From contig NC_018655.1 in NCBI RefSeq assembly GCF_000299365.1, positions 300,001 through 332,000 on the forward strand: a stretch of 32,000 nucleotides of DNA, written 5' to 3'. Within the stretch, counting starts at the first letter, position 1. Each line of letters begins with the position of its first letter. Origin of the DNA: Candidatus Nitrosopumilus koreensis AR1 (lineage in GTDB: Archaea > Thermoproteota > Nitrososphaeria > Nitrososphaerales > Nitrosopumilaceae). The notes under the pieces were generated by a model, which was not told the DNA's origin, ran no database searches, and saw only the letters and a list, made by a program, of their open reading frames with translations. This document shows, piece by piece, positions 10,865 through 19,051 of the stretch. A program made the translations under genes and the position numbers.

Positions 10865-11416
10865 ATGACTGCTAGAATAATTTTGCCAGTACTTGTTTTT
10901 GTATTTGCCTTATTTTATGTTCCTGGGGTATTTGCACAAGAGATGTTGCGTCCAAATGACGTGTATGTTGATTCAGATGTACAAACACAGGTACCTTGGA
11001 AGATAGGAACAATCTCCAATAAACTCCTATCATTTTATTGTGATAAGACTGAACAATCTGTCTTTAATTTGGGAAAAACTACTGTTAGATGTGTTGCATC
11101 TGATACGGAAGGAAATGAATCTAGGACCTCTTTTGTAGTAACTGTAGGATACACTGTAGTTCAAATACCTGATTGGTTTGAGCACCCCACAAAGTATTGG
11201 TTGAATGGTGTGATTTCTGATGAAGAATACGTTGCATCAATAAAATCTCTCTTGCAGAAAAATGTTATTCAAATTCCTACTGCTGAATTTAAAGACAACA
11301 ATTCTGTGCAAAATATTCCTATATGGATAAAACAAAATGCCGAAAAATGGGTGGAACACAAAATTACTGATGATGAGTTTTCCATCGGACTGCAATGGTT
11401 GACAAAATACCTTTAA
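10865..11416 (+). CDS. Secreted protein with HYR-like domain and two C-terminal surface-protein repeat motifs
   Basis: Track ORF is 10814-11416; the internal ATG at 10865 gives a signal peptide (MTARIILPVLVFVFALFYVPGVFA). HYR-like CDKTEQSVFNLGKTTVRCVASDTEGNESRTSFVVTV, then IPDWFEHPTKYWLNGVISDEEYVASIKSLLQKNVIQIP. Confidence 0.78.
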   Translation: MTARIILPVLVFVFALFYVPGVFAQEMLRPNDVYVDSDVQTQVPWKIGTISNKLLSFYCDKTEQSVFNLGKTTVRCVASDTEGNESRTSFVVTVGYTVVQIPDWFEHPTKYWLNGVISDEEYVASIKSLLQKNVIQIPTAEFKDNNSVQNIPIWIKQNAEKWVEHKITDDEFSIGLQWLTKYL

Positions 11417-11511
11417 CACTTGACTAGAAATTATTTTTCGTAATGATATGAGTGATGGCACCCCGTAATGATTGATATTGATACTAATATGATGTTGACT
11501 TATTATCCGAC

Positions 11512-12318
11512 ATGAACTTGGCCCTGTTGGCTGTAATTACAATAATTGCATCTGGATTAATCATATCTGTTCCGCTAGCCTCCTCTGAAACTGTGGGTGC
11601 TCATGTTTCTAAGGTATTGACCGATCACACTGAACCTGGATATGCATCAGCAGCTATTTTGATATGTGCGGGAAATGATCCTTTATCATATCCTGAAATA
11701 ATCGTCAGTTCAGAACAAGAAACTAAAATTGTTGTGTATGAAGGAGATGTTCCTGCAAATACTTGTTTAGGTGAAACAGTTACAATAAAAACAAACAATC
11801 TCTCTTCAATAACTGCTTCATTAGCAACATCTTCAGGACCTATTATGTTAGATGAACCAACTAGAGATGTAACTGGTATGAATGTGCTTAAGGGAATGTC
11901 ATCTGATGGCAAAATTATGTTGGAAGTTTCTTCTTCAGCACCAATATCTGGAAGTACTTCTCAAATCAAAGTGGATTTTGTTGATGTGTTGGGAAATTCA
12001 ATACAACATGTAAATTATGATATCACTGTAACCCAAAATGATGAGATAGTCCTAGAAGAATCCAATGCTCATACGCATATAGGAGTCAAGTATCACGAGA
12101 CAGATGTTCTAAAATCTAATTCTCCACTTGATGTAAAAATAACGCTTCTTGGATTGGGTTTACCTGGTGAACAAGTAACGTGGGAAGGGCCTCGAGGAGA
12201 AATAGTACAATTTATTGCCGTTCCTGAATTTGGAACTATTGTGTTACTTGTGTTGGTAGCTACCATTTCCATGGTTGTGATAGTAGGTGCCAGAAGTAAA
12301 GTAAGCGTTTATCCTTAA
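11512..12318 (+). CDS. Secreted/cell-surface protein with C-terminal PEFG-type archaeosortase signal
   Basis: N-terminal signal segment; C-terminal VPEFGTIVLLVLVATISMVVIVGARSKVSVYP, i.e. PEFG + TM helix + basic tail. Confidence 0.88.
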   Translation: MNLALLAVITIIASGLIISVPLASSETVGAHVSKVLTDHTEPGYASAAILICAGNDPLSYPEIIVSSEQETKIVVYEGDVPANTCLGETVTIKTNNLSSITASLATSSGPIMLDEPTRDVTGMNVLKGMSSDGKIMLEVSSSAPISGSTSQIKVDFVDVLGNSIQHVNYDITVTQNDEIVLEESNAHTHIGVKYHETDVLKSNSPLDVKITLLGLGLPGEQVTWEGPRGEIVQFIAVPEFGTIVLLVLVATISMVVIVGARSKVSVYP

Positions 12319-12439
12319 ATTTTCATTTTTTTCATGTCTTTGGTAATTCCACTATAACTGTGATTGATATGATGATATTGGTTTTTTCACACTTGCAAAA
12401 CATTGTGAACGTTTTTAAATTAAAATCCGAAAAAAATGT

Positions 12440-12817
12440 ATGCCAATAAGTGCAATTGTTGTGGATGATGAAGATGATATTGTAAATACATTTACAGAAT
12501 TACTGGAACTTTACAAAATTAATGTAATTGGAACTGCAAAAGATGGAAAGGATGCAGTAGAACAATTCAAAAAACTTCGCCCTGACGTTGTCTTTCTAGA
12601 TATTATGATGCCTGAATTTGATGGATATTATGCACTAAAAGAAATTAGAATGATTGATGAGTCTGCAATTGTAATTCTAGTTACAGGTGGTGGACCTGAA
12701 GATATTGACAAATTATCGGAACTAAACCCATCGGCTATAATTCATAAACCCTATCAAATGGATACATTAATGCATGTATTGCAAGATGATTTGAAATTGG
12801 AAATACCTTCTAAATAA
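12440..12817 (+). CDS. CheY-like single-domain response regulator
   Basis: SAIVVDDEDDIVNTFTELLELYKINVIGTAKDGKDAVEQFKKLRPDVVFLDIMMPEFDGYYALKEIR...VTGGG...HKPYQMDTL; receiver domain only. Confidence 0.95.
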   Translation: MPISAIVVDDEDDIVNTFTELLELYKINVIGTAKDGKDAVEQFKKLRPDVVFLDIMMPEFDGYYALKEIRMIDESAIVILVTGGGPEDIDKLSELNPSAIIHKPYQMDTLMHVLQDDLKLEIPSK

Positions 12818-12881
12818 AAAAATTATTGCATCTGTTCGAAGATGAATTTGACTTTTCAAATAAAACTACGCTTATCTCAAA

Positions 12882-13946
12882 CTAGAATTTTAAAATTTTA
12901 GATGCTACAACCATTCCAGATATTCCTGATATGATTCCCGGTGGAATGCTCATCATCCAAAAATTAAAGACCATGTCTGATGACGTGTGCAAGATATCAT
13001 ATGGAAATACATCATTGTACAAGTATAGTTCCAAAAACGTCATTGAAAGCATTGGAAAACTAAACATGAAAAACATTGAACCTAAAACTGCTCCTGCAAT
13101 TTTGCTTGAATGTTTTTGAAAAATTTTCAAATTGCTTTTCTTGTTCATGATATAATCTGCAACAATTCCACTAATCATTGGTGCTGCAAACCACGGAAGG
13201 TAGAACATGATGTTTTCAGATGTAAGAATATTTGATGTAATGTTCATTACTAGAAATGTAAGGGTTGCGGCACTAGTTGCACCAAATCTATTTTGAGCCT
13301 TTGATGATGACCAAAATACCAACGAGTATGCAAATGGGATAAAAATTAAACTTAGAATTAATCCAACAGTTGGATCTGGATTAAAATTGTGAGTGTCTCC
13401 TTCAGATATTGGTAACACAAAGAAAAAGATCAACCACATTATGCTAAACCAAAATGTTCCAAATGTTATTGGCAAAACAATATTCAAGAAATTACTCTTC
13501 TCTGAAAGGTGAAACTTTATTCTTGAAAATCCAATGACTGCTCCAACCAATCCTGTCAAAATTCCTAATGCAAGTGTGATATGTGTTGGACTAAGTAAAC
13601 CGTCAATTCCAAATGCTTCGTGCCATAAAAAATCTCCTGGACCTGCAATGATTTGCATCACTACACCAATAATGATCAGCTTGAATCCTAATGCAAAAGA
13701 TTTTTTTCTTATCTCTTTTTGTCTAACATGCAAAATGATTCCTAAAATGGCACCAATCAAGCTAACTCCTACTCCCAAATACAATACTCCGTGAGATGGT
13801 GTGAAAAAAGTCTCAGGAATCCTTAGAAGATGAGATGTAATGTCCCAACTTGCACCCCACATAGACAGAGTTGTACCAACTAGTGTTACAAGAAATGTTA
13901 TTGTAGGAAATTTTATTTCAGATTTTTGTAAAACTTTGGTTGACAA
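12882..13946 (-). CDS. Polytopic membrane protein, uncharacterised
   Basis: 354 aa, about 8-9 hydrophobic segments, with conserved-looking His motifs SHLLRIPETFFTPSHG and LWHEAFGIDGLLSPTH. Confidence 0.82.
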   Translation of the reverse strand: MSTKVLQKSEIKFPTITFLVTLVGTTLSMWGASWDITSHLLRIPETFFTPSHGVLYLGVGVSLIGAILGIILHVRQKEIRKKSFALGFKLIIIGVVMQIIAGPGDFLWHEAFGIDGLLSPTHITLALGILTGLVGAVIGFSRIKFHLSEKSNFLNIVLPITFGTFWFSIMWLIFFFVLPISEGDTHNFNPDPTVGLILSLIFIPFAYSLVFWSSSKAQNRFGATSAATLTFLVMNITSNILTSENIMFYLPWFAAPMISGIVADYIMNKKSNLKIFQKHSSKIAGAVLGSMFFMFSFPMLSMTFLELYLYNDVFPYDILHTSSDMVFNFWMMSIPPGIISGISGMVVASKILKF

Positions 13947-14009
13947 TTAATCAGACCCGTGTTATGATGTTCATAAGTGCTTCTAAGTTGAATTAAAATT
14001 ATCTTTGGA

Positions 14010-14876
14010 TTATGCTGGAGTGTAATCCTTTGCTTGTCCGGCAACTGCTCTTGCTTGAGAGTCTGCCTTTTGCAAGATTTGCTCTTTTGTCTCATCAGTC
14101 ATGTAACCTGACTCAACAGATACAGAACGTGCTGATTGTGCTGCTTTGGATAATATGTGTTCGATATTTTCTGGGGTGATATATGCTGCTTCGATAGACA
14201 GTGAGATTGCCTCTTGGTGTGCTTGTGCAAACTCGTTTCTTATCTTCTCAACATCAATTATCATCTCTTCTTCAGCATACTTTAGTCCATCCTCAAGTGC
14301 TGTGTATAGTGTAATTCCTGCTTCAACTGGCTTGATGTCTAGTTTACCTAAAATGGCTGCAAGTTTCTCATTGATTGCTTCGCCTTTTTTTACCGGTGTG
14401 GAGTCTTTTGCAATCCATATTGTACCTTGGTCAATCTTGGTTGGGATTCCTGCCTCTTTGAATTCTGTAAGCATTGGTCCTGGTGCGATTCCTGTATTCT
14501 TTGCTGGAACAACCACATCAACACTTGCAATATCCCCTCCTCTGGCCATCATCATGATTTTGTTCTTTGCCAAAAGTACGTTAAGCTTGAATGGTGACAT
14601 ATTTGTAAACATGAGCATTATCTGTCCCTTGAATTCTCCAACCATGTCTTTCATTCCTGGAATGTCTGATTTTTCTAATGCTTTTTGTGCAACCTTATCT
14701 TTGATGCTGAAAAACTCTACGTCCTCTTTGAGTGTCTTTCTTAAAGGTAGTATCTGAGTAGAACGTACCTTGTTCATTTTGATAACTGCCATTACTTTGT
14801 ATTTTTTTGGTAACTCTTGTAACTGCTGATACATCTGAGTTTTTCTTTTAGGATAAGAGGTTCTATTTTCATGCAA
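14010..14876 (-). CDS. rplJ: Large-subunit ribosomal protein uL10 (P0)
   Basis: TQMYQQLQELPKKYKVMAVIKMNKVRSTQILPLRKTLK...GDIASVDVVVPAKNTGIAPGPMLTEFKEAGIPTKIDQGTIWIAKDS; overlaps the end of L1. Confidence 0.94.
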   Translation of the reverse strand: MHENRTSYPKRKTQMYQQLQELPKKYKVMAVIKMNKVRSTQILPLRKTLKEDVEFFSIKDKVAQKALEKSDIPGMKDMVGEFKGQIMLMFTNMSPFKLNVLLAKNKIMMMARGGDIASVDVVVPAKNTGIAPGPMLTEFKEAGIPTKIDQGTIWIAKDSTPVKKGEAINEKLAAILGKLDIKPVEAGITLYTALEDGLKYAEEEMIIDVEKIRNEFAQAHQEAISLSIEAAYITPENIEHILSKAAQSARSVSVESGYMTDETKEQILQKADSQARAVAGQAKDYTPA

Positions 14877-15540
14877 ATTTCTTCTTAACCTCTTGTATCT
14901 GTTTGATTGGTTTTCCCATAGTTGTTTTTATTATGACTCTTTTCATGTTCTTCTCACCGTTTGGCAATTTCTTTTCGATTGCACTTAGTACTGCATGTGC
15001 ATTAATTGCCAAGTCAGCGTCTTCCATTGACTCATCTCCAATCTTGCATGCAACAGAAAGTGATGCTCTTGCTCTGACTTTAATTGATGATCTAAATCTT
15101 GATAAAAATGATTCAATAGGTGCATTAAATGGAACTGGTGTTGGCATTTTTCCTCTAGGTCCTAATAATTGACCCAAAGTTTTACCAACTGTTGGCATGA
15201 TTTGTGTATCTGCCAAAAAGAAATCATATTTGTTGATAAATTTCCTAGACTCTCTTTTGTTTGCTCCAAATTTGTCTAGTTCTGTATTTCCGATAACAGT
15301 GTCTGCTTTTGCAGCCTTTGCTTTTGTTCCCATGTCTCCTGTTGCAATAACACATACTGTTGCAGGTGAACTGGTCTTTGGAAGCTGAACGACTTCGTTG
15401 AGTGCAAATCCTTTCTTGACGTCAATATCTTTGAAATTGACAATCAACTCTATTGACTGCTTGAACTTTTTTGCCTTTGTTGCAGCCTTTGCCTCTTGTA
15501 TCATTTTGACTAGCTCTGACTCTGTAATCATTACGAACAA
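14869..15540 (-). CDS. rplA: Large-subunit ribosomal protein uL1
   Basis: FKQSIELIVNFKDIDVKKG...FFLADTQIMPTVGKTLGQLLGPRGKMPTPVP...SVACKIGDESMEDADLAINAHAVL. Likely start at the internal MITESELVK. Confidence 0.95.
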   Translation of the reverse strand: MFVMITESELVKMIQEAKAATKAKKFKQSIELIVNFKDIDVKKGFALNEVVQLPKTSSPATVCVIATGDMGTKAKAAKADTVIGNTELDKFGANKRESRKFINKYDFFLADTQIMPTVGKTLGQLLGPRGKMPTPVPFNAPIESFLSRFRSSIKVRARASLSVACKIGDESMEDADLAINAHAVLSAIEKKLPNGEKNMKRVIIKTTMGKPIKQIQEVKKKFA

Positions 15541-15629
15541 TTTCGAGAGAGCCTACTTAAAATCGTTTAGAGGCAGAAATTGTGTTGGTACAGTTTATTT
15601 TAAAAAATTTCATTTTTTACCCAAAATAA

Positions 15630-16160
15630 TTGAAAATCCACAACAAATTTGTCTCAAAACCTACATATATTAAATCACAACGAGAGTTTTCTGATACCTT
15701 GCATAGATTTGATGACCTTGATATGAAACTCCTCTTTGAGCTAACCAAGGATGGATCAATCTCAGTTCCTATACTCTCAAAGAAGTTAGGGATTAATGCA
15801 TCTGTACTTTATAGCAGAATCAAGAGACTGGTCAAAAAGAAACTGATAAAGAAATTCACAGTAGAAATTGATGACTCTTTACTCGGCATTGGTGTAAAGG
15901 CAAATGTTGGAATCAACCGAGATCCAAAACTCAAAGATTCGATTCACAAAAAATTTATGGAAACACCAGAAGTAGTCTCGATTTGTGAAGTAACAGGTAG
16001 ATTTGATATTATAATTCAGGTATATGCCAAAAATTTGGAATCGCTTCACTCTGTAGTTATTGAAAAGATTGGAAAGATAGAAGGCATTCAAAATACAGAG
16101 ACCTTTGTAGAGCTACAAAAAACAGACAAAGATCCAGTATATCTTAATGAATTAACATAA
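15630..16160 (+). CDS. Lrp/AsnC-family transcriptional regulator
   Basis: HTH: LDMKLLFELTKDGSISVPILSKKLGINASVLYSRIKRLVKKKLI; RAM-like C-terminal domain EVVSICEVTGRFDIIIQVYAKNLESLHSVVIEKIGKIEGIQNTETFVEL. Start position uncertain. Confidence 0.9.
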   Translation: MKIHNKFVSKPTYIKSQREFSDTLHRFDDLDMKLLFELTKDGSISVPILSKKLGINASVLYSRIKRLVKKKLIKKFTVEIDDSLLGIGVKANVGINRDPKLKDSIHKKFMETPEVVSICEVTGRFDIIIQVYAKNLESLHSVVIEKIGKIEGIQNTETFVELQKTDKDPVYLNELT

Positions 16161-16205
16161 CTTTTGTACATCATCTATTAATAGCCAAACAAATTAGAAA
16201 TCAAC

Positions 16206-16310
16206 ATGTCTGAAGAAAAACAAATTTTCTATTGTGAACTATCAAACAAGAAACGAAAAGAACAGTATGGAATTGATACTGCACAAGAAAAGTCTGAAAA
16301 ACCACACTAA
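16206..16310 (+). CDS. Very small ORF, 34 aa (MSEEKQIFYCELSNKKRKEQYGIDTAQEKSEKPH)
   Basis: Read directly from sequence; ATG at 16206, TAA at 16308. Below the ORF-track cutoff and highly charged. Confidence 0.4.
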   Translation: MSEEKQIFYCELSNKKRKEQYGIDTAQEKSEKPH

Positions 16311-16356
16311 ATCTAAAATTATCAACGCTTAAGTCCGTAGACTGTGTTATGTAATT

Positions 16357-16482
16357 GTGAGCAATACCAAATTTTATACCTGCAAAAACTGTGGAACAGA
16401 ATTTCCTTCAAGTGAGGTCAGGTTGTATTGCAAGGTATGCAAATCAAACATGGATAAAACTGGGCAACTTCCTAAACTCTAA
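16357..16482 (+). CDS. Small zinc-ribbon-like protein, 41 aa, GTG start
   Basis: (M)SNTKFYTCKNCGTEFPSSEVRLYCKVCKSNMDKTGQLPKL: two CxxC knuckles (CKNC, CKVC). GTG at 16357, TAA ending 16482. Confidence 0.55.
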   Translation: MSNTKFYTCKNCGTEFPSSEVRLYCKVCKSNMDKTGQLPKL

Positions 16483-16515
16483 ATTCATAAGTTCGAGGTT
16501 TTTGGAGTATTTTAA

Positions 16516-16626
16516 ATGGACAAACGTGATGCTGCATTTTTGCTGGGAATTTTAGGTGGAACTGGAGCTGCAGTTGGTGTGGTCGTACTTTTGGCAAACG
16601 GATTTATCAAAAACCCGTTTATTTGA
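16516..16626 (+). CDS. Single-TM mini-protein, 36 aa
   Basis: MDKRDAAFLLGILGGTGAAVGVVVLLANGFIKNPFI; ATG 16516, TGA ends 16626; Gly-rich hydrophobic helix. Confidence 0.55.
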   Translation: MDKRDAAFLLGILGGTGAAVGVVVLLANGFIKNPFI

Positions 16627-16706
16627 TTTCAAAATTATATTTTATTTTTTATTGGTAAAAACCAATTTTTATCAAAGTCTTTAAACCATGTTTCCTTAAT
16701 GGTGTT

Positions 16707-18581
16707 ATGAAACTAATTTGGTTTGTAATTCCTCTAGTGTTATTTGGAATTGGAATAAACGAATCTTTCTCTGAGGAAAAAACAGAGACTGTAAAATTAG
16801 TGACCCAGCAGGAGTTAAAGATCATGGTTGAGAATTGGATGACAAACCCTGATGAGGATGACACAAACCAACGAATAGAAATTATGAAATCCTATTATGC
16901 ATTTGAAGAAACAGGACAGCAATTATCCAATGATGCAGAAGGACTAAAACTAATGAACCAAATCAGAAAAATGGTTAGCCTAGATCTTCCAAGAGCAGAA
17001 CTTGATGAATTAAGAAAACAAGTGCGCATAGAGTTGGGGTTGGAGGAACCCTCTGAAAATAAAATTTTATACATAAACCCAAGTTTAGTTGACTGTGTTG
17101 GTGTCGGTCCACAAAAGTGCATGCAAATACGTGAAGACCCAAACACTAACTGGCAAAACTTCTATGATTCTATTGATGGGTTTAATTTTGTTGAAGGAAA
17201 ATCTTACAAAATCTCTGTTAAAGTAACTGATGTAGAAAACCCTCCAGCAGATGCATCAAGTAAAAAATATGAATTAATCGAGATACTTGATCAAAAACCC
17301 TATCCAAAACACATCCCGTACAAAGACATGTGTGCTCCAGGATTTGTTCCACTTGGAAAGATTTGTGTTCTAAATGACAGATGTGGTCCAGGTGCATATC
17401 CTGGCAAAGTTTGTGTCATGGATGGAGAAAAACAACCATATCTTAGACCTTTGCAACAGGGAAATGCCGGCATTGCTGCCAGTGATGTGATTTGCGCAGA
17501 AAGCTTGCAATTACTTTTCAAATCTCATGATGGCTCTCCTGCATGTGTGAGCAATGATGCAAAAAAGAAACTGCAAGAGCGTGGATGGCAAACAAGCATT
17601 CCTCTTTTAGCGTGCACACTTGAATATGCTCCAGTTTGTGGGGTTGATGGAAAAACATATGGAAACTCCTGTATGATAAATTCAAACCATGTTGCTACAA
17701 AACACATCGGAGAATGCTCTAGCATGGTTGAGGACACAAAAGGAATATTTGAAAAGACATTAGATTACACCACACAGCCTGCTGTTGTTGATGAGGAGAA
17801 GGGATACTTTGTCACAGAGATTGCAGATGATGTCTATTGGTTAGTTGGAAATGGCTACCAGACAATGTTTGTAGTTTCTGATGAGGGCGTTATTGCATTT
17901 GATGCTCCACAACCAATTGGGGAAAAATATCTTGATGCAATAAACGATGTGACATCAAAACCTGTAACTCATATGATTTACTCACATCATCATCAGGACC
18001 ATACTGGCGCTGCAGGGCAAATATTTCCTAAAGACATTACATACATCTCACACAAAGATGCTGCAGATGCTCTAATCTCTGAAAATAACCCTGACCGACC
18101 AATCCCCACGCAAATTCTAGAAGGAGATGAAAACACTCTGGAAATAGGAAACAAAACCATAGAACTCTATAACATTGGGGATTTCCATTCAAAAGGCAAC
18201 TTGCTGATGATTCTTCCCGAATCAAAAGTTGCAATGCTAGTTGATTTGTTCCGTCCTGCAGAATCTCCTTATCGTGCATTTGGGGTGACACCTGACATTG
18301 AATTATACTTGGAGACACATGATGTCTTGCAAACTTTTGATTTTGATGTACTTGTTTCAGGCCATACAAGTCTTCTTGCAACAAAAGATCATGTCACCAC
18401 AAACAAACAATTTACACAAAGTGTAATGGATAATGCACAATCTGCTATTGATTCTGGAGAATCAAACCCTGCTGATGTTTGTACTGCAACTACAATTGAA
18501 CAATGGGAAGGAAAACTAGGAAATCTTGATGCATTTATGACTGATCATTGTAATGCAATGATAGAATATCTAACATCTTAA
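16707..18581 (+). CDS. Secreted metallo-beta-lactamase-fold hydrolase with upstream Kazal-type and other Cys-rich modules
   Basis: Signal peptide MKLIWFVIPLVLFGIGINESFS; Kazal-like CTLEYAPVCGVDGKTYGNSCMINSNHVATKHIGEC; MBL motif THMIYSHHHQDHTGAAG and VSGHTSLLATKDHV. Confidence 0.88.
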   Translation: MKLIWFVIPLVLFGIGINESFSEEKTETVKLVTQQELKIMVENWMTNPDEDDTNQRIEIMKSYYAFEETGQQLSNDAEGLKLMNQIRKMVSLDLPRAELDELRKQVRIELGLEEPSENKILYINPSLVDCVGVGPQKCMQIREDPNTNWQNFYDSIDGFNFVEGKSYKISVKVTDVENPPADASSKKYELIEILDQKPYPKHIPYKDMCAPGFVPLGKICVLNDRCGPGAYPGKVCVMDGEKQPYLRPLQQGNAGIAASDVICAESLQLLFKSHDGSPACVSNDAKKKLQERGWQTSIPLLACTLEYAPVCGVDGKTYGNSCMINSNHVATKHIGECSSMVEDTKGIFEKTLDYTTQPAVVDEEKGYFVTEIADDVYWLVGNGYQTMFVVSDEGVIAFDAPQPIGEKYLDAINDVTSKPVTHMIYSHHHQDHTGAAGQIFPKDITYISHKDAADALISENNPDRPIPTQILEGDENTLEIGNKTIELYNIGDFHSKGNLLMILPESKVAMLVDLFRPAESPYRAFGVTPDIELYLETHDVLQTFDFDVLVSGHTSLLATKDHVTTNKQFTQSVMDNAQSAIDSGESNPADVCTATTIEQWEGKLGNLDAFMTDHCNAMIEYLTS

Positions 18582-18588
18582 TCATAAA

Positions 18589-18780
18589 CTACGCTACCTC
18601 TGAAAATATTGGTTTGCCCATGTCCAATCTACATTGTGTATGTATCTGCTCATCAGACACCGTGCTGCATTTTTGGCAGCCAAACTTTAGTGGCTTGCTG
18701 CAAACAGAACATTTTTGCTTTATTATCTGCTCTATTCCACATTTTCTACATGATTCAATTCTCATGGTTATGCTGAACAA
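18589..18780 (-). CDS. Small Cys-rich zinc-binding protein, 63 aa
   Basis: MRIESCRKCGIEQIIKQKCSVCSKPLKFGCQKCSTVSDEQIHTQCRLDMG: three CxxC motifs; converges tightly with the MBL gene (7 nt gap). Confidence 0.6.
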   Translation of the reverse strand: MFSITMRIESCRKCGIEQIIKQKCSVCSKPLKFGCQKCSTVSDEQIHTQCRLDMGKPIFSEVA

Positions 18781-18904
18781 AAATACTCTATTATTGCTGG
18801 TCAGCTAAACAGCTTACCAGTAATCTCTTGATTTTACCAGATACTATGTGCAACTAGTACTAACTATTATCATGAAAACACAGCAAATCTCAAACTGGGA
18901 TAAA

Positions 18905-19021
18905 ATGGTACATGCCCCATTTAGAAAGGTCGTAAAGTTTGACCTTGTATGTATGGCAATAGGTGCAGTAATGGGTATGGGTGCAGGTGCATATCTTGTT
19001 GCTAGCGGAATTTTAGGCTAG
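18905..19021 (+). CDS. Single-TM mini-protein, 38 aa
   Basis: MVHAPFRKVVKFDLVCMAIGAVMGMGAGAYLVASGILG; ATG 18905, TAG ends 19021; basic N-terminus then Gly-rich TM helix. Confidence 0.5.
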   Translation: MVHAPFRKVVKFDLVCMAIGAVMGMGAGAYLVASGILG

Positions 19022-19051
19022 CAACATAACTTCTTTTTTATAATTAATGAT

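Noticed and set aside
7231-12817. Histidine kinase (7231-8829) and CheY-like regulator (12440-12817) as a cognate two-component operon
   Set aside because: They are on opposite strands and over 3.6 kb apart with unrelated genes between, so nothing in the sequence supports pairing.
16206-16482. Possible tRNA or other structured RNA between the Lrp/AsnC gene and the MBL gene
   Set aside because: No cloverleaf, GGTTCGA-type T-loop or acceptor pairing was found; mini-ORFs explain the space better.
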